In this document: piece by piece, positions 54,072 to 64,000 of the stretch
Layout: each line of letters opens with the position of its first letter
How positions within the stretch are numbered: the stretch's first letter is position 1
Source of the DNA: Escherichia coli
GTDB taxonomy: Bacteria; Pseudomonadota; Gammaproteobacteria; Enterobacterales; Enterobacteriaceae
Reading direction: 5' to 3' (one strand)
Length of the DNA stretch: 64,000 nucleotides
Assembly (NCBI RefSeq): GCF_013315695.1
Contig: NZ_CP054353.1
Made by a program: the position numbers and the translations under genes
The notes under the pieces: generated by a model
What the model was told of the DNA's origin: nothing
Database searches by the model: none
What the model saw: only the letters and a program-made list of their open reading frames with translations

Positions 54072-55232
54072 ATGACAAATAACCCTCTGATTCCACAAAG
54101 CAAACTTCCACAACTTGGCACCACTATTTTCACCCAGATGAGCGCGCTGGCGCAGCAACACCAGGCGATTAACCTTTCGCAAGGCTTTCCTGATTTTGAT
54201 GGTCCGCGCTATTTACAAGAGCGGCTGGCGTACCACGTTGCCCAGGGGGCAAACCAATACGCGCCTATGACTGGCGTGCAGGCCTTGCGCGAGGCGATTG
54301 CTCAGAAAACGGAACGTCTGTATGGCTATCAACCGGATGCCGATAGTGATATCACCGTAACGGCAGGGGCGACGGAAGCGTTATATGCAGCGATTACCGC
54401 ATTGGTGCGCAATGGTGATGAAGTGATCTGCTTTGATCCCAGCTATGACAGTTACGCCCCCGCCATCGCGCTTTCTGGGGGAATAGTGAAGCGTATGGCA
54501 CTGCAACCACCGCATTTTCGCGTGGACTGGCAGGAATTTGCCGCATTGTTAAGCGAGCGCACCCGACTGGTGATCCTCAACACCCCGCATAACCCCAGTG
54601 CAACTGTCTGGCAGCAGGCTGATTTCTCCGCTCTGTGGCAGGCGATTGCCGGGCACGAGATTTTTGTCATTAGCGATGAAGTCTACGAGCACATCAATTT
54701 TTCACAACAGGGCCATGCCAGCGTGCTGGCGCATCCGCAATTGTGTGAGCGAGCGGTGGCGGTGTCATCGTTTGGCAAGACCTATCATATGACCGGCTGG
54801 AAAGTGGGGTATTGCGTTGCACCTGCGCCCATCAGCGCCGAGATCCGCAAAGTGCATCAGTATCTGACCTTTTCGGTGAATACCCCGGCACAGTTGGCGC
54901 TTGCCGATATGCTACGTGCAGAACCTGAGCATTATCTTGCGTTACCGGACTTTTATCGCCAGAAGCGCGATATTCTGGTGAATGCCTTAAATGAAAGTCG
55001 GCTGGAGATTTTACCGTGCGAAGGTACATACTTTTTGCTGGTGGATTACAGCGCCGTATCTACGATGGATGATGTTGAGTTTTGCCAGTGGCTGACGCGG
55101 GAGCACGGCGTAGCGGCGATTCCGCTGTCGGTGTTTTGCGCCGATCCCTTCCCACATAAACTGATTCGTCTCTGTTTTGCCAAAAAGGAATCGACGTTGC
55201 TGGCAGCAGCAGAACGCCTGCGCCAGCTGTAG
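54072..55232 (+). CDS. ybdL: PLP-dependent methionine aminotransferase YbdL
   Basis: 386 aa, MTNNPLIPQSKLPQLGTTIFTQMSALAQQH..., PLP lysine motif SFGKTYHMTGWKVG. Confidence 0.9.
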   Translation: MTNNPLIPQSKLPQLGTTIFTQMSALAQQHQAINLSQGFPDFDGPRYLQERLAYHVAQGANQYAPMTGVQALREAIAQKTERLYGYQPDADSDITVTAGATEALYAAITALVRNGDEVICFDPSYDSYAPAIALSGGIVKRMALQPPHFRVDWQEFAALLSERTRLVILNTPHNPSATVWQQADFSALWQAIAGHEIFVISDEVYEHINFSQQGHASVLAHPQLCERAVAVSSFGKTYHMTGWKVGYCVAPAPISAEIRKVHQYLTFSVNTPAQLALADMLRAEPEHYLALPDFYRQKRDILVNALNESRLEILPCEGTYFLLVDYSAVSTMDDVEFCQWLTREHGVAAIPLSVFCADPFPHKLIRLCFAKKESTLLAAAERLRQL

Positions 55233-55862
55233 TTATTTAACCGTCCAGGCGCGGGAAAATTGACGGTCGGCAAACAACTCTTGCAGGCCGTTAATTTGCT
55301 TCAGGCGCAACACTTCGTCGCTGTCCATTCCCAGCTCTTTGCCAATTTTATTATCGTCCCATCCCAACTGGCTGAGTTCACGGACGATTTCTGACATGGC
55401 AGTGATTTGGTGACGTCCACGAGCGCGATTATGACGAATAGTCGCGGCGATGCGTTGATTACGCGTACCTTCCAGACAGGTCACCGGCAAATAACCTTTT
55501 AAGCGTAATTTTAACGATGATGAGCCTTTACCAATTTCATGGCGGTGAAAACCATCCACGATTTCCAGGGCATTTTTATCCGTATGCGTGACCACAATGG
55601 GTTGGGTAAAACCATCTATTTCAATGGATTTTTTCAGCAGTTTTTTTTCGGGTGGTGCCACGTTGTTTGGGTTGTAATCATTAGGCATAAGTTGGCTGTT
55701 TTTAACCCACAGAACGCAATCCACTGGCTCTTCACGAAAGGGGCTAACCTGATGGATCGCCATGCGGATTTCATTAATCGCTTTGATGCGATCATCTTCC
55801 GGCAAGCTGGCGAGAAATTGGGTTAAATCCTGCGTTAATCGTTGTTGCATAGTATCCCCCAT
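55233..55862 (-). CDS. ybdM: YbdM, ParB/sulfiredoxin-like nuclease-domain protein (IbrB-like)
   Basis: 209 aa, contains a ParB/Srx-type DGxHR motif (IVDGFHRHEIGK). Start overlaps the ybdN 3' end by 28 nt. Confidence 0.8.
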   Translation of the reverse strand: MGDTMQQRLTQDLTQFLASLPEDDRIKAINEIRMAIHQVSPFREEPVDCVLWVKNSQLMPNDYNPNNVAPPEKKLLKKSIEIDGFTQPIVVTHTDKNALEIVDGFHRHEIGKGSSSLKLRLKGYLPVTCLEGTRNQRIAATIRHNRARGRHQITAMSEIVRELSQLGWDDNKIGKELGMDSDEVLRLKQINGLQELFADRQFSRAWTVK

Positions 55863-57055
55863 TCCTGACGTTTTCCTTTTATCCGTTCGTTATAACGCTG
55901 ATAGTTCTTCGCTTTCGTAGGACTAAATGATAATGCCCGGCACCAGTAATCGTTATTGAGTAAAACTTTGCATATTCGCCGCCAGGAGGGGATATCTTTC
56001 GCGCCAATGTCCCCTTGCTGGGTTTGTGGAACTTCGATGCCTTTTTTCTGATACCAGTGCAAATAAATGGCGATTTTATTGCGGTAATGCTCAGCTGTTT
56101 TTTCCGGCATGCTATTGAGCAGCAATAATGCATATTCTTGCCAGTCTAAATGTTCTGGCTTGAGGATTTTCCGATGACCATAAAAATGATTATCATGTCC
56201 GGCGTAAATGCCGCCACTTTTTACCCCGCTGACTCGTGCGCACATAGCAGCCCAGCGATCCGGTTCGATAACGTGATAGAGCCATAATCCTTGCCGTTGC
56301 TCCGGGCCAAAAGGTTCGCAAATTCGCATATGACGCAGAGGAACGCCTGCCTGATACATTATATTATACAGTGGGTTACAGAGCTGTTGATGGTTAGCAT
56401 ACCAGGTCCAGATATCAGCCACTTTCCAGTCGTAGATGGGGTAAATGTACCAACTATGACCGCCTGGTGCGGCGGTGGTCCAGGGCTTATCATCGGCAAA
56501 ACGTTGTTTATTTAAACTGGCGATGGCGACAAAACGGTTGTAGGACTCATCTGCACGGATGCCGATCATCATCGCCGCCGGACGTTTTTGTGAAAACCAT
56601 TCAGCAAACTCACGCACAAATTGTTCGAAGGTCATGCCAGGCTGGTAAAAGGAGAAAAAGTCAGGATCGGTTATCGCATCTTGCGGAGGCTGACGCACCC
56701 ATTCGACATCAGGTTCCCAGCACTGCCATTCGGGTTGGTATTGAGAAAGGGAATTTTGCGTCGTAAGCGGGAGCGCAACCCAGTAAAACTCTTCGATGAC
56801 ATCGGCGTAAAACTCACGTAATGACTGAACATAGTTAATAGTGCATGAGAACTGCGCTTCCCAGTCGATAAACAAAACGCAGATTTTTTTGCCCATTTGT
56901 CGGACAATTTCGGCGGTCAGATGCAGCATTAATCCGGAATCTTTACCACCCGAAAAAGAAACGCAGACACGGGGTAGGGTATTAAGTGTCCAGGTAATAC
57001 GTTCTTTTGCAGCTTCCAGAATATTCAGTGGAAGCGGGATTTTATAAATAGACAT
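55835..57055 (-). CDS. ybdN: YbdN, PAPS-reductase-like PP-loop ATPase with DUF3440 (IbrA-like)
   Basis: 406 aa, PP-loop SGGKDS motif near the N-terminus (VSFSGGKDSGLMLHL). Confidence 0.8.
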   Translation of the reverse strand: MSIYKIPLPLNILEAAKERITWTLNTLPRVCVSFSGGKDSGLMLHLTAEIVRQMGKKICVLFIDWEAQFSCTINYVQSLREFYADVIEEFYWVALPLTTQNSLSQYQPEWQCWEPDVEWVRQPPQDAITDPDFFSFYQPGMTFEQFVREFAEWFSQKRPAAMMIGIRADESYNRFVAIASLNKQRFADDKPWTTAAPGGHSWYIYPIYDWKVADIWTWYANHQQLCNPLYNIMYQAGVPLRHMRICEPFGPEQRQGLWLYHVIEPDRWAAMCARVSGVKSGGIYAGHDNHFYGHRKILKPEHLDWQEYALLLLNSMPEKTAEHYRNKIAIYLHWYQKKGIEVPQTQQGDIGAKDIPSWRRICKVLLNNDYWCRALSFSPTKAKNYQRYNERIKGKRQEWGILCNND

Positions 57056-57201
57056 CTAAAAACGCTCTCTGAACGTTACGGGGTGACTCGTGAGATGAAT
57101 CCGCTAATTATAGGATAAACGAAGCAAGATAGAGCACATTATTTTATATTCACATAATGAATTAATTGATGCGTAATATATTATTTGTCAGTGGTAATGA
57201 A

Positions 57202-58104
57202 TCAGAAGCTATCATTTAAACGATCTATGAATCGGGAGAAGACAAGGTTGTTCAACGAAGCCTTGTTATAGGAAATATAAAGTTTAACCGCAGGAAGAGG
57301 TTGTTCCAGTTTTATTTCTTTTAACTTCAAAAAGTCACGATGTAAATTGTACAGTTCGGTGGGCACAATGCCTAATAAGTCAGTAACAGAAATACTATTA
57401 ATTATAGTCATCAAAGAAGAACTGCGAAATGAAACTTTACGGTTCATAAAGCGTTCATCTATGTCCATTTGAATTTCGTCAATCCCTGCTGATTTAGATA
57501 TCAACAGGGTGAATTCTTCGGCGATAATTTGTTCATAGTTACTGGTATCAGTAATACGAGGATGTTTGTTGCTACATATAAGGGAATTGCGAATAGTGTG
57601 TAACGGCATGCAGATGACAGAGCGACTAATTACTGGTTGTAGTGTAATTGCCAGGTCAGTTTTGCGTTGAACCAACAGTTCTTCGGCATTTTCAGCTGAA
57701 AGCAGTATGTCATGGCATTCTATATCGATTGAAGTATCTTGTCTAAGACAGCGGATTAGCATGTTGTTATTAGTACAAGAAATAAGCTGAGGACCGTAGA
57801 TAATAAAATTTTTCTTTAGTTCAGACTTATTAACGATATTGATCGTTTGTTCAAGGCCTCTGAGATTTTTCTCAAGATGGTGATGCAGGTTTAACCCTGT
57901 TGTAGTCGGCGCGATACCTTTCCCTGAGCGAATGAATAACGGGTCATTAAATTGCGCACGTAAACGTTGTAACGACTGACTAACAGCAGAGGGCGTTATA
58001 TATAATGATTCTGCCGCTTTACTAATGCTGAGATGTTGATAAATACATTCAAATATAACCAGTAAATTGAGGTCAAATTTTTTTAGATCATAAAGATTAG
58101 CCAT
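57202..58104 (-). CDS. ybdO: LysR-family transcriptional regulator YbdO
   Basis: 300 aa from the internal ATG (MANLYDLKKFDLNLLVIFECIYQHLSISKAAESLYITPSAVSQSLQRL, HTH). AT-rich gene. Confidence 0.8.
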   Translation of the reverse strand: MANLYDLKKFDLNLLVIFECIYQHLSISKAAESLYITPSAVSQSLQRLRAQFNDPLFIRSGKGIAPTTTGLNLHHHLEKNLRGLEQTINIVNKSELKKNFIIYGPQLISCTNNNMLIRCLRQDTSIDIECHDILLSAENAEELLVQRKTDLAITLQPVISRSVICMPLHTIRNSLICSNKHPRITDTSNYEQIIAEEFTLLISKSAGIDEIQMDIDERFMNRKVSFRSSSLMTIINSISVTDLLGIVPTELYNLHRDFLKLKEIKLEQPLPAVKLYISYNKASLNNLVFSRFIDRLNDSF

Positions 58105-58308
58105 AACATACTCCGTTGTATTGTCTCTTCCATAAATCATTCACTTGATCAATAATGTTGTTGTATTTATATGTGTTATGTTTTTCTGCTTAACTTTGGA
58201 TTAAGATTTTCTAAAATAGCATAGCTGTCAGGTGGGTTACGAGCAATTCATGCTTTTTTAGGATGGTTGAAAAGCAGGGATATATTTCAACCATCCATGA
58301 ATTATCTT

Positions 58309-59055
58309 TTATTTATTCCCCATAATGATATTAAGCGTTTTCTGATCGGGCAACCCCACGGCCTGTTGCAGTGTATTTTCCTTACTCATGTAATAGATAG
58401 CTGGCGTGACATTTGCCCCCAGATCGTCCATCAGTTTCTCGTTATCGCTTAACACTTTCATTTGCTCTGTACTTACGTTTGCAGGCACGTTTAGCTTAAG
58501 CTTGCCACCAGAGGCTTCATATTCTTGCCAGGTTTTTGCGGGATCTTTGGAGGCAAGAATTGCCGCTGCTGTCGCCGGGCTTTCTGGCTTGATAACGCCA
58601 ACCAACAATGTTCTTAATTGCACTTTGCCAGAATCTACCCACGGGCGAGCCTGCTGCCAGAACTGTTTACAATATGGGCAGAACGGATCGGCGAAGACGT
58701 AGACAATGACCGGCGCGTCTTTTTTACCGTCGAGGAGCCAGTGGGATTGTTCCATCCGTTGCCACATTTCACGTCCGGCGGGTGCGTAAATTTCTTTTTC
58801 GATAAGCGTGTTACTCAGGTTTTCACCTTTTTCGTTGTACATGTAACCAGAGATAGCGTGCTTACCATCTGGAGTCAGGTAGATGGTGACGCCCATATCC
58901 TGATACTTACCGAGATAACCTTTCATTCCTCCAGGGGCATCGAACGTTTTGATGATTGTAATACCCTGTTTTTCAATCGCTTTTACTGGGGCAGGAAGTT
59001 CCTCTGCGAAGGCGGTTGCAGGAAGCAGGGCCAGTAAAAGTATCTTTTTTAACAT
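58309..59055 (-). CDS. dsbG: Periplasmic disulfide isomerase/chaperone DsbG
   Basis: 248 aa from [21 protein letters not shown] active site. Confidence 0.9.
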   Translation of the reverse strand: MLKKILLLALLPATAFAEELPAPVKAIEKQGITIIKTFDAPGGMKGYLGKYQDMGVTIYLTPDGKHAISGYMYNEKGENLSNTLIEKEIYAPAGREMWQRMEQSHWLLDGKKDAPVIVYVFADPFCPYCKQFWQQARPWVDSGKVQLRTLLVGVIKPESPATAAAILASKDPAKTWQEYEASGGKLKLNVPANVSTEQMKVLSDNEKLMDDLGANVTPAIYYMSKENTLQQAVGLPDQKTLNIIMGNK

Positions 59056-59115
59056 TAATTTGTCCTTTTCAGTCAGTGCAAAAGTCGAGTAAAAGGCATA
59101 ACCTATCACTGTCAT

Positions 59116-59426
59116 AGGTAAGAGCTTAGATCAGGTGATTGCCCTTTGTTTATGAGGGTGTTGTAATCCATGTCGTTGTTGCATTTGTAAAGGCAACACC
59201 TCAGCCTGCAGGCAGGCGCTGAAGATACCAAAGGGTAGTTCAGATTACACGGTCACCTGGAAAGGGGGCCATTTTACTTTTTATCGCCGCTGGCGGTGCA
59301 AAGTTCACAAAGTTGTCTTACGAAGGTTGTAAGGTAAAACTTATCGATTTGATAATGGAAACGCATTAGCCGAATCGGCAAAAATTGGTTACCTTACATC
59401 TCATCGAAAACACGGAGGAAGTATAG
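59116..59426. promoter_or_regulatory. dsbG-ahpC divergent promoter region (known OxyR-controlled in E. coli; binding site not mapped here)
   Basis: Intergenic region between divergent dsbG and ahpC. OxyR control is from established knowledge; the exact site was not resolved by eye. Confidence 0.4.
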
Positions 59427-59990
59427 ATGTCCTTGATTAACACCAAAATTAAACCTTTTAAAAACCAGGCATTCAAAAACGGCGAATTCATCGAAATCAC
59501 CGAAAAAGATACCGAAGGCCGCTGGAGCGTCTTCTTCTTCTACCCGGCTGACTTTACTTTCGTATGCCCGACCGAACTGGGTGACGTTGCTGACCACTAC
59601 GAAGAACTGCAGAAACTGGGCGTAGACGTATATGCAGTATCTACCGATACTCATTTCACCCACAAAGCATGGCACAGCAGCTCTGAAACCATCGCTAAAA
59701 TCAAATATGCGATGATCGGCGACCCGACTGGCGCCCTGACCCGTAACTTCGACAACATGCGTGAAGATGAAGGTCTGGCTGACCGTGCGACCTTCGTTGT
59801 TGACCCGCAGGGTATCATCCAGGCAATCGAAGTTACCGCTGAAGGCATTGGCCGTGACGCGTCTGACCTGCTGCGTAAAATCAAAGCAGCACAGTACGTA
59901 GCTTCTCACCCAGGTGAAGTTTGCCCGGCTAAATGGAAAGAAGGTGAAGCAACTCTGGCTCCGTCTCTGGACCTGGTTGGTAAAATCTAA
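59427..59990 (+). CDS. ahpC: Alkyl hydroperoxide reductase peroxiredoxin subunit AhpC
   Basis: 187 aa, [51 protein letters not shown]... Confidence 0.97.
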   Translation: MSLINTKIKPFKNQAFKNGEFIEITEKDTEGRWSVFFFYPADFTFVCPTELGDVADHYEELQKLGVDVYAVSTDTHFTHKAWHSSSETIAKIKYAMIGDPTGALTRNFDNMREDEGLADRATFVVDPQGIIQAIEVTAEGIGRDASDLLRKIKAAQYVASHPGEVCPAKWKEGEATLAPSLDLVGKI

Positions 59991-60010
59991 GTTCCGCAAT
60001 CGCGTAATTA

Positions 60011-60038
60011 ATCGGGTGCTGCGGCACCCGATTTTCTT
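60011..60038 (+). terminator. Hairpin with U-tract between ahpC and ahpF (partial terminator/attenuator)
   Basis: ATCGGGTGCTGCGGCACCCGAT followed by TTTTCTT. Confidence 0.5.
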
Positions 60039-60118
60039 CCCCGCACCATGATGCAAGCTGCATCCAGGTAGCCGCAGAGGCCGCTTGCATGATGATGTTT
60101 AAAGCCCAGGAGATAAAC

Positions 60119-61684
60119 ATGCTCGACACAAATATGAAAACTCAACTCAAGGCTTACCTTGAGAAATTGACCAAGCCTGTTGAGTTAATTGCCACGCTGG
60201 ATGACAGCGCTAAATCGGCAGAAATCAAGGAACTGTTGGCTGAAATCGCAGAACTGTCAGACAAAGTCACCTTTAAAGAAGATAACAGCTTGCCGGTGCG
60301 TAAGCCGTCTTTCCTGATCACTAACCCAGGTTCCAACCAGGGGCCACGTTTTGCAGGATCCCCGCTGGGCCACGAGTTCACCTCGCTGGTACTGGCGTTG
60401 CTGTGGACCGGTGGTCATCCGTCGAAAGAAGCGCAGTCACTGCTGGAGCAGATTCGCCATATTGACGGTGATTTTGAATTCGAAACCTATTACTCGCTCT
60501 CTTGCCACAACTGCCCGGACGTGGTGCAGGCGCTGAACCTGATGAGCGTACTGAACCCGCGCATCAAGCACACTGCAATTGACGGCGGCACCTTCCAGAA
60601 CGAAATCACCGATCGCAACGTGATGGGCGTTCCGGCAGTGTTCGTAAACGGGAAAGAGTTTGGTCAGGGCCGCATGACGTTGACTGAAATCGTTGCCAAA
60701 ATTGATACTGGTGCGGAAAAACGTGCGGCAGAAGAGCTGAACAAGCGTGATGCTTATGACGTATTAATCGTTGGTTCCGGCCCGGCGGGTGCAGCGGCAG
60801 CAATTTACTCCGCACGTAAAGGCATCCGTACCGGTCTGATGGGCGAACGTTTTGGTGGTCAGATCCTCGATACCGTTGATATCGAAAACTACATTTCTGT
60901 ACCGAAGACCGAAGGCCAGAAACTGGCAGGTGCGCTGAAAGTTCATGTTGATGAATACGACGTTGATGTGATCGACAGTCAGAGCGCGAGCAAACTGATC
61001 CCGGCAGCGGTTGAAGGCGGCCTGCATCAGATTGAAACAGCTTCTGGCGCGGTACTGAAAGCACGCAGCATTATCGTGGCGACCGGTGCAAAATGGCGCA
61101 ACATGAACGTTCCTGGCGAAGATCAGTATCGCACCAAAGGCGTGACCTACTGCCCGCACTGCGACGGCCCGCTGTTTAAAGGCAAACGCGTAGCGGTTAT
61201 CGGCGGCGGTAACTCCGGCGTGGAAGCGGCAATTGACCTGGCGGGTATCGTTGAGCACGTAACGCTGCTGGAATTTGCGCCAGAAATGAAAGCCGACCAG
61301 GTTCTGCAGGACAAACTGCGCAGCCTGAAAAACGTCGACATTATTCTGAATGCGCAAACCACGGAAGTGAAAGGCGACGGTAGCAAAGTCGTAGGTCTGG
61401 AATATCGCGATCGTGTCAGCGGCGATATTCACAACATCGAACTGGCCGGTATTTTCGTCCAGATTGGTCTGCTGCCGAACACCAACTGGCTGGAAGGCGC
61501 AGTCGAACGTAACCGCATGGGTGAGATTATCATTGATGCGAAATGTGAAACCAACGTCAAAGGCGTGTTCGCAGCGGGTGACTGTACGACGGTTCCTTAC
61601 AAGCAGATCATCATCGCCACTGGCGAAGGTGCCAAAGCCTCTCTGAGTGCTTTTGACTACCTGATTCGCACCAAAACTGCATAA
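60119..61684 (+). CDS. ahpF: Alkyl hydroperoxide reductase flavoprotein subunit AhpF
   Basis: 521 aa from [17 protein letters not shown]. CxxC motifs (CHNCPD; CPHCDGP), FAD/NAD-binding GSGPAG and GGGNSG. Confidence 0.95.
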
Positions 61685-61713
61685 GAAGAAGTAAGATTCA
61701 CCTGCAATTGCTT

Positions 61714-61746
61714 AGCCGCCGGGGTCAAACCTGGCGGCTTTTTTAT
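61714..61746 (+). terminator. Rho-independent terminator after ahpF
   Basis: AGCCGCCGGGGTCAAACCTGGCGGCT followed by TTTTTTATT. Confidence 0.65.
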
Positions 61747-61804
61747 TGCATTAAAAAGCCCTGCAGGGATGGCTCCGGGCAGGGCGGGATACTTATTCTG
61801 GCAA

Positions 61805-62233
61805 TTAACGCACAACCAGCACCGGCAAATTGGCGTGGCGGATCACGCTCGAGGCGTTAGAACCCAACAGATGAGTTGAAATCGATGGGTTACGCGAACC
61901 AATCACTACTACATCTGCATCAAGTTCTTTCGCTAACTCGTTAACTTCATCCCGCACACTACCAAAACGGACATGTTGCTTAATGCGGGAAGGATCGATG
62001 GTGAAGTGGCTGACCATCGTTTGCAGACGTTCTTCTGCTTCATGTTGCAGATGCTCTTCAAAACGACGTACATCAGCGGCAAAACGGTGCAGGCTCAGGC
62101 TGGCTGACCCCGGTAGTACGTGAAGTAGATGAATAACTCCGTCATCCTGGGCGAGGAATTCAGCGTGGCGAACCGCTTTGTCGCTCAATTCCATTTCGAA
62201 AACATCCACTGGCATGATGATTGTTTTGTACAT
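61805..62233 (-). CDS. uspG: Universal stress protein UspG
   Basis: 142 aa from [21 protein letters not shown]... Confidence 0.9.
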   Translation of the reverse strand: MYKTIIMPVDVFEMELSDKAVRHAEFLAQDDGVIHLLHVLPGSASLSLHRFAADVRRFEEHLQHEAEERLQTMVSHFTIDPSRIKQHVRFGSVRDEVNELAKELDADVVVIGSRNPSISTHLLGSNASSVIRHANLPVLVVR

Positions 62234-62356
62234 AAGCATTCTCTCCTTGTTTTTGCATGTATACATAACAGCACATTATTGGTTATGAATCTATGATTTG
62301 CGAGGCTGATTTGATCTGAATTTGCTATTGAGCTGGAAAATAAATAAAACCAGGCG

Positions 62357-62446
62357 CTACCAGCGTTGTTCAAGGTATAGCACTGCAGCAACAATAATTG
62401 CGGCTATGAATATATAAAATGCAGTGATACCGAGAGCTTCGCTCAT
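62357..62446 (-). CDS. Candidate 29-aa small hydrophobic protein (hypothetical)
   Basis: ATG-initiated ORF encoding MSEALGITAFYIFIAAIIVAAVLYLEQRW (single predicted TM helix), upstream of and co-oriented with uspG. No strong Shine-Dalgarno. Unverified. Confidence 0.25.
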   Translation of the reverse strand: MSEALGITAFYIFIAAIIVAAVLYLEQRW

Positions 62447-62588
62447 ATGAGGTTCCGCAGATGAATAACCAGTTCAGATTAGAATGCTGCGCTTAAGAGC
62501 AAAATGATAAATCTGGTTGATATTTGAGCGGAAAGAGGATGCGAGTGCATCCTCTGGGCAAAGCGAGTTATCGCTTGTGCAGATGGGA

Positions 62589-62999
62589 TTAAAGCAGGTA
62601 ATCGCCAGCAGCTTCTGGCTGGTATTCGAGTTCCAGCACTTCAAGGTGGGTTGCAACGCCGCCTGGAAGTTCCCAGTGAATGGAATCGCCAACGCGCAGC
62701 CCCAGCAGTGCGGCACCTACCGGAGCCATAACGGAAAGCTGAGTATTGCTGTCGGTCATTTTTGCCGGATACACCAGCGTGCGCACACGCACTTCGCCAT
62801 CGCTAAGATTGCGGAATTTAACCCGGCTGTTCATTGTCACCACGTCGTGTGGCATCTCTTCTGGCGAACACATTTGGGCGCGATCCAACTCTGCGTTTAA
62901 CGCGTCGGCGATTGGCAAACCAGCATAGGCGGGTTGCTCCAGCAGAATATCGATGCGTTCGGCATCCAGGTCGTTAATGATGATAGTTGGTCTGGACAT
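62589..62999 (-). CDS. rnk: Regulator of nucleoside diphosphate kinase Rnk (GreA/GreB-like)
   Basis: 136 aa, [43 protein letters not shown]... Confidence 0.9.
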
Positions 63000-63044
63000 T
63001 TTTACTCCATGTCGTCGGTACTGCGAGTGTCGCAGATAAACATA

Positions 63045-63082
63045 CCCAAAAGAAAACCCTCACCGTCAGGCGGCGAGGGTTT
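63045..63082 (-). terminator. Terminator hairpin downstream of rna
   Basis: AAAACCCTCACCG-tcagg-CGGCGAGGGTTT, with a U-rich run following on the minus strand. Confidence 0.45.
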
Positions 63083-63228
63083 AACGCACATGATGATACT
63101 GACTGTTGCTCACTCTTTGAAGTGATTTGCGTCACATTCAGGGAATTCCTCAATGTAGCGCATTATGTATAAATCTTAATCGTCATGGTTTATGGAAGAC
63201 GAATTAGCGTGTTTTGTAAATCAGAGGA

Positions 63229-64000
63229 TTAATAACCTGCTTTATCAATCACAAAGGTTTTGCCACAGTTGCCTGGGTGTGGTTGTGGCAAGAATGAGTT
63301 GGCAGAAAGCGGAGCGTTGATGGCGTCAGCTTTGATCGAGATCTGAATTTCAGTCAAATACGCAGGGTTACCCTGGCACGTTAGCTTAACTGCTTTCACG
63401 TTCTCTTTTCCCCAGCTTTTGGCAAAGGCGGCATCAAAGTCACGGCGGCTCACTGTTTTACCGTAGTTATCCGCAAGGAATTTTCCGGCTTCGCTCTCTT
63501 TAATTTCTTGATTCAGGCGTACCATCGTGCCGAAGTATGCGTCTGGATCAAAACCAAAGCAGGCACCGTGTTTGGCATATTCGTAGCGTTCCAGGCAGGA
63601 ACGTCCGCCAGCTCCTGGCATGACTTCACTTAGTTTAGCTGCCGTTTCCAGCGATAACCCGGTTTCCGGAGATGAACACATTCGGCTGGCGCGCGCTTCT
63701 GATAGATTCGGGATTGGGCGAGTAGCGCAACCGAAGCGCATCCAGCGGCGTTCATCAACACCACGGGCAGCAACCGATTTAGGCAATCCTGGCCACAGAC
63801 CATGTACGGTCAGAAAATCAGCTTTGTTGGTCGTTTCGGTTTGCAGGCGACATTCATCTCGTTCGTTACGATTTCGATCGTGTTGACTCTGGCAAAATCC
63901 GGTTTGCCAGGAGAGGGCCAGGACATAGCGATCAAAATCGCCATACTGTTTTGCCTGCAACGCCACGGCGTTGGCAGAAGAGAAGGGAAGCAGAGAAACC
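63229..64000 (-). CDS. rna: Periplasmic RNase I (RNase T2 family); N-terminal end beyond window
   Basis: C-terminal 257 codons recognised (...LALSWQTGFCQSQHD..., ...HGLWPG...). The frame is open to the window edge. Confidence 0.9.
   Translation of the reverse strand, partial: VSLLPFSSANAVALQAKQYGDFDRYVLALSWQTGFCQSQHDRNRNERDECRLQTETTNKADFLTVHGLWPGLPKSVAARGVDERRWMRFGCATRPIPNLSEARASRMCSSPETGLSLETAAKLSEVMPGAGGRSCLERYEYAKHGACFGFDPDAYFGTMVRLNQEIKESEAGKFLADNYGKTVSRRDFDAAFAKSWGKENVKAVKLTCQGNPAYLTEIQISIKADAINAPLSANSFLPQPHPGNCGKTFVIDKAGY

Overview
This window reads as an Escherichia coli chromosomal segment, identified from the translated ORFs by recognition only (no database search was possible). The gene order matches the K-12 ompT-envY-nfr-cus-pheP-ent/fep-cstA-ahpCF-rnk-rna region, with several strain-specific differences. 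Positions 1-6799 are the AT-rich right arm of a DLP12-like cryptic prophage: tail-fibre remnants, a ybcY-like methyltransferase flanked by tail-fibre-assembly fragments, a secreted alpha/beta hydrolase where K-12 carries appY, ompT, and a 45-nt argU tRNA 3' fragment marking attR. Core chromosome follows: envY, ybcH-nfrA-nfrB, cusRS/cusCFBA, pheP, ybdG, nfsB, ybdF, ybdJ, ybdK, the hokE toxin locus, the complete enterobactin cluster with Fur boxes, cstA-ybdD, ybdH, ybdL, ybdM-ybdN-ybdO, dsbG, ahpCF, uspG, rnk and the 3' part of rna. The most notable accessory feature is a 1,885-bp ISL3-family insertion sequence (27977-29861) with 11-bp perfect terminal inverted repeats and an 8-bp target-site duplication, carrying a ClbS-like (DUF1706) passenger gene and sitting immediately upstream of hokE. 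Other points worth a second look are the ybdN/ybdM PAPS-reductase-like/ParB-like pair, the absence of ybdR with a possible 29-codon membrane ORF in its place, and an NfrB ORF that may be shorter than the reference. Many ORF-track entries use GTG/TTG starts and over-extend true N-termini; starts below were adjusted where the known N-terminus was recognisable. No CRISPR array, rRNA or intact tRNA was seen.
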